Positions 57,241 to 64,000 of a stretch of 64,000 bases of DNA are shown piece by piece. The position numbers were made by a program, and so were the translations under genes. The notes under the pieces are model-generated. The model was not told the origin of the DNA and did no database searches. It saw only the letters and a list, made by a program, of their open reading frames with translations. Each line of letters opens with the position of its first letter. The stretch's first letter is position 1. The DNA is from Rebecca billardiae RCC1528 (lineage: Eukaryota; Protista; Haptophyta), in contig OZ251234.1 of the NCBI GenBank assembly GCA_965240325.2, positions 1,302,001 through 1,366,000 on the forward strand, written 5' to 3'.

Positions 57241-58413
57241 ATGGGCTACGCCGTGAACGAGCTCGCACTCGGCGCGGTGCTCGTACTCGTGTTACCCCTC
57301 GGGCCGCTCGCCCTGCCGGTGTGGTGCGCCCTCGTGGGCGGCGCCTGCCTGGCTGTGTGGATCTCTCTCGCGCTCGAGCGGCTGCGGCTACGCGTGCACG
57401 TGCCACTGGTGGAGAGCCCGCCCATGCCCGAGTGGGAGCGATTCACGTGCACCAGCCACGGCCTCACCCTCTCGTGCTATGCATCCCTCCCGAGAGCCGC
57501 GGGGGCGCCCCGCGAGGGGCGCAAACTCTGCCTGCTTGTCGCACCGCTCGGCACGAGCGGCCCGACAGTATTCACGCCGCTCATCGCGACTCTAGGCGAC
57601 GAGTGGCAGATCGTCGGCTGGGACTACCGAGGGTTCTTTCACAGCGGCCAGCCTGAGCGCAAGCGGCGCATCTCCATCGCCGCGCACGCCGAGGACGCCG
57701 CCGCCGTGCTGGAGGCAGTCGGGCACTCGGCAGCGGCGCTTGTCGTCGGGCACTCCATGGGCGTGCAGGTGGCGCTCGAGCTGACGGTTCTCTTCCCGGA
57801 GCGCGTGGAGCGCCTGGTGCTCCTGAACGGGTGCCCGGGGCACGCGTTCCAGACCGCCTTCCAGCCCATTGCCCGCGTCCCGCTGCTCAGCACATTTGCG
57901 TACGAGCTGATCAGGCAGCTGCGGCAGCGGCCTTGGATCTTTGACGGCAGCCGGCGCGTGCTCGCACCAGTGCTGAAGCACGCGGCGTTCCCGCTGCTCA
58001 CTCGAGTCCGCGGCTCGCCGCTGCTCAAGCGGCTGCTCGGCCCGACCTACCTGTTCGACTTCTGGCTCACCTACATGACCGGCCTCGACGCTCGGCGCGG
58101 GCGTCGTGAGCTCGAGCACTTCCTGTACAGCTTTCTCGAGATCGACGCGCACTCCGTCGCGCACCTGCTCGAGTTGATCGAGCAGCCGACCCTCGTGATC
58201 TCAGGGCTGCTCGACCCGCTGCTGCCCGCGCTGGTGTCGGCGGAGATGGCGGCGCAGATGCGAAGGGCCACGCACGCGTGTGACCCGCTCTCGGCGCACA
58301 CGTCGCTACTCGAGTCCCCCGAGTGGGCGCTGCACCACATCCACGTCTTCTTGCGCCAGACGGAGGGCAGGGCGCTCGATCTGGCTAAGCAGCGGCAGCG
58401 CAAGTCGCTGTGA
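57241..58413 (+). CDS. Alpha/beta hydrolase with N-terminal membrane segment
   Basis: GWDYRG, GHSMG, PERVERLVLL, PTLVISGLLD, AHTSLLE. Confidence 0.9.
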   Translation: MGYAVNELALGAVLVLVLPLGPLALPVWCALVGGACLAVWISLALERLRLRVHVPLVESPPMPEWERFTCTSHGLTLSCYASLPRAAGAPREGRKLCLLVAPLGTSGPTVFTPLIATLGDEWQIVGWDYRGFFHSGQPERKRRISIAAHAEDAAAVLEAVGHSAAALVVGHSMGVQVALELTVLFPERVERLVLLNGCPGHAFQTAFQPIARVPLLSTFAYELIRQLRQRPWIFDGSRRVLAPVLKHAAFPLLTRVRGSPLLKRLLGPTYLFDFWLTYMTGLDARRGRRELEHFLYSFLEIDAHSVAHLLELIEQPTLVISGLLDPLLPALVSAEMAAQMRRATHACDPLSAHTSLLESPEWALHHIHVFLRQTEGRALDLAKQRQRKSL

Positions 58414-58549
58414 CTCGCGCATCGGCTGCTACCAGGGTGGCCCCGTGCGCCCGGAATGATGCGGTGTGCTCAGCGTGAGCGATCACGCGCACGCCAGACT
58501 AATAAACGCGATGATAAGTAGCAGTAGTAGTAAACTATATAGTACGACC

Positions 58550-58550
<1 letters not shown>

Positions 58551-58604
<54 letters not shown>
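58551..58604. repeat. (TA)n microsatellite
   Basis: Direct reading. Confidence 0.95.
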
Positions 58605-58605
<1 letters not shown>

Positions 58606-58744
58606 CTATATGTCTATACGACGCCTGTCAAGTCATCGGTCAGTGACAGACAGACAGTGTCGCCGGGCTGTGCCGTGTGCGGGCCGGCTGACGCGCGACT
58701 GACGATGACGATGATATATCATCGCGTCTAAAATTTCGTCCATA

Positions 58745-58824
58745 TCTATCTATCTCTCTATCTCTCTATCTATCTCTCTATCTCTCTATCTCTCTCTCTA
58801 TCTATCTATCTCTCTATCTCTCTA

Positions 58825-58873
<49 letters not shown>

Positions 58874-58874
58874 C
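58745..58874. repeat. Compound (CT)n/(ATCT)n microsatellite
   Basis: Direct reading. Confidence 0.95.
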
Positions 58875-59024
58875 TGACGACGAGCCACGGGCGTAGCGGG
58901 AGCCGGCGATGTGGGATGTCCAGCGCAACGGTCGCCAACCGGCAGTTCGCGGTCCGCGCGGCGTGGGCGGCGGCACGGCCATGGACCGTGCCAAGCGGCG
59001 AGCGCCGCCAACTTGAACTATCGT

Positions 59025-59585
59025 GTCTGTTCGAACTATGGCCATGCAAAAAAAAGACGACTACGAAAGAGGGGACGGGCACGAAAAAGATGACCGACGA
59101 CAAAGAAAGACGAGATATATTATAAACGAGCACGGTGACACGCGACGTGCAACCGTTACAGTCGCCCGGGTCAAGTGTCAACTGCAAGTACTGCAACAAA
59201 TTACAAAGACACATGCAAGAAAGCAGTAAAGCTAGCCTCACGAAGCCACAGCAGCAGAAGGGCACACCGCCCACAAAAAGACGGAGCCTCTACGAAGCCA
59301 CAGGCACAGAGCAGACGAGCACGCAGGGCGGGACACCTGGCGGAGAGTAGAGACCAGGCGGGGAGCGAAAAACCTACTCGACAACAAATCCGTCATAGAA
59401 ACTGGACAGGAGGACAACAGCCAACCAACAGGCGAACAGCCCCTCGCGGCCGCGGGGTGTCCTGCAGGGGACTTAAGGTTTTTATGTTAGAGGAGTTGAT
59501 GATGAAGACCCGCGAATAATAAACGACGACTGAGCTACTGCCGGTTCGCGCGAACCGATTGTAAACCGAAAGCTCGCATCAGTCA
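59025..59585. mobile_element. Diverged second copy of the 17157-17811 repeat, including a degenerate terminal palindrome
   Basis: Shared blocks cggagcctctacgaagccac, gcagacgagcacgca, ggcgggacacc, cgcggggtgtcc; palindrome gactgagcta..cggttcgcgcgaaccg..agctc..cagtc at 59528-59584. Confidence 0.7.
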
Positions 59586-59800
59586 TAATAATTCAGTGAT
59601 TCCTAAGTAGTCCGGTTTCGCGCGGGTTACTTCCGTCCCGCGGCGTCCGTCTGACCGAGACTCTCAAGCTCTAACTCTGAGTCCAGAAGTCCGAACCAGT
59701 TCCCGAGTGACAATAATTAAATATACATCATATATATATATAGTATATATATTATTATTATAAAATACAATGCTGCCTGTTCGCGGTCTTGTCAGTCTCA

Positions 59801-60970
59801 TCAATGGTCTGGCTCCTCTGAAAGCCGCGCAGTGGCAGTCGCGAGGGTGCGCACAATCTCGCCCATGTCGGGACGCTCAACAGGATTGAAGGCCATGCAT
59901 GCGCGCATGAGCTCAACGATGGCGCTGGGCGCATCGTTCGGGAGCTGCCGCACATCGCACGGCAGCTTGGCCTTGCGCGTCGCGCGCATCACCTCGAGCG
60001 CAGAGTGCCCAGCGTACGGCACCTCTCGCGCGAGCAGCTCGTGCAGAAGGGCCCCGAACGAGAAGACGTCGGACGAGCAGCGCGAGGGCGCAATGCCGTC
60101 TGCGCCGAGGAGCTCGGGCGCCATCCAGCCGGGCGTCCCGACGCCGAGGAGGCACATCGCGTCGTCGCCGGTGGGAGCAGGCGTGACGCAGCCTAGGTCA
60201 CATAGCAGCGCCCGACCGCCGTGGTCGAGCAGCACGTTCCGTGCCTTCACATCTCCGTGCAGCAGCGGCGTCGGCCGCTGCGCATGCATGAACGCGAGTG
60301 CGAGCGCGACGTCGCGCGCCCACTGCGCGCGCTCGAGCCAGCTCAGCGGCTCGGGCGCAGCCAATGGCCCGCCGAGGCACGCGCCATCGTCATCGACCAT
60401 AGCGACGCCGCCGTGCAGCTTGTCGTGCAGGCTTCCGCCGTGGGCGCGCTCGAGGACGAGCAAAGCCGCTGGCTGTGCGCATGCGCCGAGCAGCGTCACG
60501 ATGTTTGGATGACGGCTGAGCTCGGCGAGCGCGCGGAGCTCGGCGCGGAACGAGTCGTCGGTGCCTTCTGCGAAGCGCTTGGCGACCGCATCAACGCCGT
60601 GCCATGTCGCCCTGAACACAGCCGAGGTCGCGCCCGTGCTCACGCAGTCATGCACGCTCACATCAGCGGCAGACAGCTCGTAGCCGCTGCGGCGCACAAT
60701 CTCGGCTAAGGGAAGGGCGCGGGTGCGCTTCAAGACACGCTCCGGGGACTCGAAGCCCTCCTCTTGCGCTTCGTCTACGCCGCCGTCGGCTGCGTCGTCG
60801 TCGTCGCCGTCAGCGTCGGCTGCGTCGGTGCCATGCGACTCGCTCGTGCTGATGTGAGGCCGCTTGCGCACGCATGCATTGTACGCATGCCCGACGAGCG
60901 CGCGGAGCGGCATCTTGACGATCTGCAGCGCCGCGTCAGTCGACTGGAGCATCGTCATGGTCCCGTCCAT
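59801..60970 (-). CDS. Tyrosine-kinase-like (TKL) protein kinase, non-RD
   Basis: HPNIVTLLGAC, HGDVKARNVLL, DLG, GTPGWMAPE, SDVFSFG, ERPDMGEI. Confidence 0.9.
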   Translation of the reverse strand: MDGTMTMLQSTDAALQIVKMPLRALVGHAYNACVRKRPHISTSESHGTDAADADGDDDDAADGGVDEAQEEGFESPERVLKRTRALPLAEIVRRSGYELSAADVSVHDCVSTGATSAVFRATWHGVDAVAKRFAEGTDDSFRAELRALAELSRHPNIVTLLGACAQPAALLVLERAHGGSLHDKLHGGVAMVDDDGACLGGPLAAPEPLSWLERAQWARDVALALAFMHAQRPTPLLHGDVKARNVLLDHGGRALLCDLGCVTPAPTGDDAMCLLGVGTPGWMAPELLGADGIAPSRCSSDVFSFGALLHELLAREVPYAGHSALEVMRATRKAKLPCDVRQLPNDAPSAIVELMRACMAFNPVERPDMGEIVRTLATATARLSEEPDH

Positions 60971-61282
60971 TGTGCCAGTCGCGAGGTGCAGGACAGTTCG
61001 TTCAAAGGCTTCGGCAGCCGCCCGCCCCGTCGAGGGCCAGCAAGCCTGCCACTTGCCGAGCTCTGCTCACCCGCGGACCCGCCGCAGAGGCGTTTCGGCC
61101 GGTCTGACCAGCGCGAGCGCGAGAGATCGCGAGGCAATTTGATGCGCCGACGGGAAGAAAGCGACGATTCATTTTGCTGCTTACCCAGTAGTGCAGCACC
61201 CGGACTCGCCTGACCACGGCCCGGGCGGCGGGGCGACTCGGCACGTCACGGGCGTACTGGTAACACCCACCGCACGGCCATC

Positions 61283-63463
61283 ATGCTTCAGTTCTCGACG
61301 ACGCCGGTGAGCGCGGCGAAGAAGCGCCTCAAGTCGCTGTGGCGCGAGAAGCCGGCGCGCATCGTCGAGCTCGTGCGCGCCGGCGACCCGGAAGCCGTCC
61401 CCGCGCTCATGCTCTCGACGGAGAGCGAGCCGAGAGCGACCAGCGCGCAGTTTGCGAGCATTGTGAACGCTGGGCTCGTCGACGCGGTGATGTCGCACTT
61501 CCAGCATCCCGCGGCCGCGCGCGAGGTGCCCGCGTTCAACGGCGCGGCAATCGTGCACCTGCCCGGCGCATTCCTTGCCATCCTCATCAACCTGACCACG
61601 AAGGTGAACGGCCCGCGTCTGCCGCCCGCGCAGCTTGACGAGCTGCGCGTGCAAGTCGCGCGCGCATTGCTCAGCGGCGCGCTGCACCTGTTTGCCGTGG
61701 GCGATCCGGCGTGCCCGCGCGTGCTGTGGGGCGACGCGCGCTTCTGGCACGCCGCCATCCCGCAAGTCATCAGCGTCGTCTCCAACGTGATGCTCACGCG
61801 CGAGGCGCGCGAAGTGCTCGTCCCGCCGCCCGGCAGCTGCGCGGGCTGCGACCTCGTGCGCGACCTGACGGCGTACTGCCTGTGCGTGCGCGCGCCGCGC
61901 GCGCTCGAGCCCTCGGAGCCGGCGCAGCGCGCGCGCTACGAGCTCGAGTGCCACAACGCCGCGGCGGCCGCCCTGCAGGAGGTCGCCGACGAGCCCCGGC
62001 AGCACGACGGCAGCTTCTCCCGAGCCGCCCTCGTCGCGCTGCGCCACCTGAACGCGCGCCCGGCGCCCGTGTACGCCGACGAGCAGCCCGGGCCCGCGCG
62101 GAAGAACCCGGCCGGCGTGGAGCAGGCGGGCAGCACCACGTTCGCCCAGGCCTTCCACGCCGCGGTGGAGCGCTCCCGCGCTCTCGACGCGGGCGTGGAC
62201 TCGTGTGCGTACGCGTTTGCGCTGATGGCGCACGGCGGCGGCGCCGCCGCCGACAGCGCGGAGACGGGGTTCGGCGACCATCTCGGGATCGGCGCGCTGG
62301 CGGCGCACGCGCGCAGGCTGCTGGACGCCGCGCCGCCGCCGCCGAGCGAGACGCTCGCTGAGGCCCTCTGCTCGATGCTCGTGAGCGCGACGCTGGGCGC
62401 GCAGGATGCGACGGGCATGCAGCCGGCGACCGACCTGCCCGAGCGAGTCGCCGAGCTGGTCTCGGGGGGCGGGCTCGAGGCGGCCATCGAGCTGCTCGGC
62501 GCGCACGCGCGCTCGCAGAAGGTCGCGACGACCCTGTGCGAGCTGATCAGGGTCGTCATGACCGTGTCCCTCGTCGACGCGCCGCGGCGCGCGCTGCGCG
62601 CGCGCCGCGAGCAGCTGGAGCGCGCGCTGAGCGCGCGCAGCGTGGCAGGCTCCCCGTTCGGCGGCGTGCGCAGCGCGGCGTCCGAGCTGCTGCAGCGCAC
62701 AGGCGGCGGCGCGGCCGGCAGCGGCGCGGCTGGCATCGCCGGCGTCAACGTCCGCTGCTCGCGCTGCCGCAAGGCCGTGCCGAGCTCGCAGATCAAGCGG
62801 TGCGCGCGCTGCAAGCAGAACTACTGCTCCGCAGAGTGCCAGAAGGACGACTGGAAGCGCGGCAACCACCGCGAGGAGTGCGCGCGGCGGCAGGGGGTCG
62901 GGCCGGCGACGGGCAACGTGGGCGGCGTGCGCGCGAGCGCACTCAGCGCCGCGGGCGAGCGCGTGCTCTGGGAGCGGCTCCCCGCCGTGCTGTGCGCGTG
63001 CCACGCGCGCGGCCTGCGCTTCTCTGACTGCATGGTGATTGTCGTGATCGAGGCGGAGACGAAGGCCTTCCCCGTGACCGCCGAGGAGTTCGAGGCGGAG
63101 CACAGCGGCGCGGGCGGCGAGATCGACGAGGAGAATCGCGCGCACACGCGCGCCATATTCGAGCGCAACCGCGCCGCCGGCCAGGGCACGGCCGTCGTGT
63201 ACGCGCTGAACGACAGCGGCGGGACTGACGGCGGCCGCACGCGCATGCTCAAGACGCTGCCGAGCACGCCCCCGGCCTCGGGCGGCGCGGGCAGTTGGGA
63301 CGCGGTGCAGGAGCAATGCGTGCGCGAGGGGCCTGGTGCGCTCATCTTTGCGCGCGGCGTGCCGACGGGCGCCGCGCTCGACACGCTCCTCCGCCGGCTG
63401 CGCGACGAGGGCATCAGCAGCGCGCTGCTCTCGCGCGAGGACGTCGAGGCACTCGCCAACTAA
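61283..63463 (+). CDS. MYND zinc-finger protein with helical (ARM-like) N-terminal region
   Basis: CSRC...KRCARCKQNYCSAECQKDDWKRGNHREEC. Confidence 0.88.
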   Translation: MLQFSTTPVSAAKKRLKSLWREKPARIVELVRAGDPEAVPALMLSTESEPRATSAQFASIVNAGLVDAVMSHFQHPAAAREVPAFNGAAIVHLPGAFLAILINLTTKVNGPRLPPAQLDELRVQVARALLSGALHLFAVGDPACPRVLWGDARFWHAAIPQVISVVSNVMLTREAREVLVPPPGSCAGCDLVRDLTAYCLCVRAPRALEPSEPAQRARYELECHNAAAAALQEVADEPRQHDGSFSRAALVALRHLNARPAPVYADEQPGPARKNPAGVEQAGSTTFAQAFHAAVERSRALDAGVDSCAYAFALMAHGGGAAADSAETGFGDHLGIGALAAHARRLLDAAPPPPSETLAEALCSMLVSATLGAQDATGMQPATDLPERVAELVSGGGLEAAIELLGAHARSQKVATTLCELIRVVMTVSLVDAPRRALRARREQLERALSARSVAGSPFGGVRSAASELLQRTGGGAAGSGAAGIAGVNVRCSRCRKAVPSSQIKRCARCKQNYCSAECQKDDWKRGNHREECARRQGVGPATGNVGGVRASALSAAGERVLWERLPAVLCACHARGLRFSDCMVIVVIEAETKAFPVTAEEFEAEHSGAGGEIDEENRAHTRAIFERNRAAGQGTAVVYALNDSGGTDGGRTRMLKTLPSTPPASGGAGSWDAVQEQCVREGPGALIFARGVPTGAALDTLLRRLRDEGISSALLSREDVEALAN

Positions 63464-63484
63464 CGAGTCCGCCGCCGTTACTGT

Positions 63485-63525
63485 TGCCTGAGCTGTGTGC
63501 GTCTCTTATTATTCTTAGTAAACTG
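63485..63525 (-). mobile_element. Solo TIR of the CAGTTTACTAAG family with a 3 bp expansion at the TA target
   Basis: Reverse complement reads TA|cagtttactaagaaTAaTAagagacgcacacagctcaggca. Confidence 0.85.
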
Positions 63526-63729
63526 TACGACTACAACTACTACACATCGGCACTAGCCACAATGATACTCGCTACTACTAATTTCGAGGCTGAGGAATAT
63601 GATATATATATTAACTATAGGTTTACTGCCAGATTAATGATATTTATTTTAATGCCGCTGAGTTCGATCGGCAATCTCGGCGCATCGGGCACGATATATA
63701 TATATATATGTGTGTATAGATAGATAGAT

Positions 63730-63761
63730 CTAGAGAGAGACGGAGACAGAGAGAGAGAGAG

Positions 63762-63837
<76 letters not shown>

Positions 63838-63848
63838 AGAGAGAGAGA
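63730..63848. repeat. (GA)n microsatellite preceded by (TA)n/(GATA)n
   Basis: Direct reading. Confidence 0.95.
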
Positions 63849-64000
63849 CCTGCTACTGCATTGCCTGAGCATAGCTGCCAGCAGCCAGCACGGACGACCA
63901 GACACTTGAGTTCGCGCTCTGCAGCACCTCAGCAGCTCGCCAGATCAAGGCCCAGAGCCCTAAGATGATCCCCACGGATGACGACCGAGGCATCACGGTC

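Overview
Very GC-rich (coding DNA roughly 70-75% GC by eye), gene-dense eukaryotic nuclear DNA. It has short GC-rich spliceosomal introns (10 of 10 inferred introns are GTGCGY...GCAG) and several proteins with signal-peptide plus transit-peptide plastid targeting. This fits an alga with a secondary plastid, most plausibly a haptophyte such as Pavlovales (inference). About 23 protein-coding genes are supported, many in tight head-to-head pairs: ABCC transporter (partial), IQ/EF-hand CaaX protein, secreted beta-propeller+ankyrin protein, Gfo/Idh/MocA oxidoreductase, UPRT, ELM1, extensin-like SPPP/TM protein, DprA-like plastid protein, WKF protein, SufE-BolA, membrane PLA2-like protein, LpqC-type esterase, LisH-CTLH-WD40 protein, lumenal protein, acyltransferase-3, DUF1825, glyoxalase II/PNKD-like, CDT1, GH16, GT23-like, alpha/beta hydrolase, TKL kinase and a MYND protein. 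The most striking non-coding structure is a set of non-autonomous inverted-repeat elements with readable target-site duplications. It includes a three-level nest at 6650-10710: a 1.2 kb palindromic element inside a 4 kb foldback element, which itself sits at a TA inside the TIR of a third family. The intact target and a probable excision footprint of that third family are both visible elsewhere in the window. No recognisable transposase, rRNA, tRNA or CRISPR array was found. All product calls come from motif recognition by eye, not database searches.
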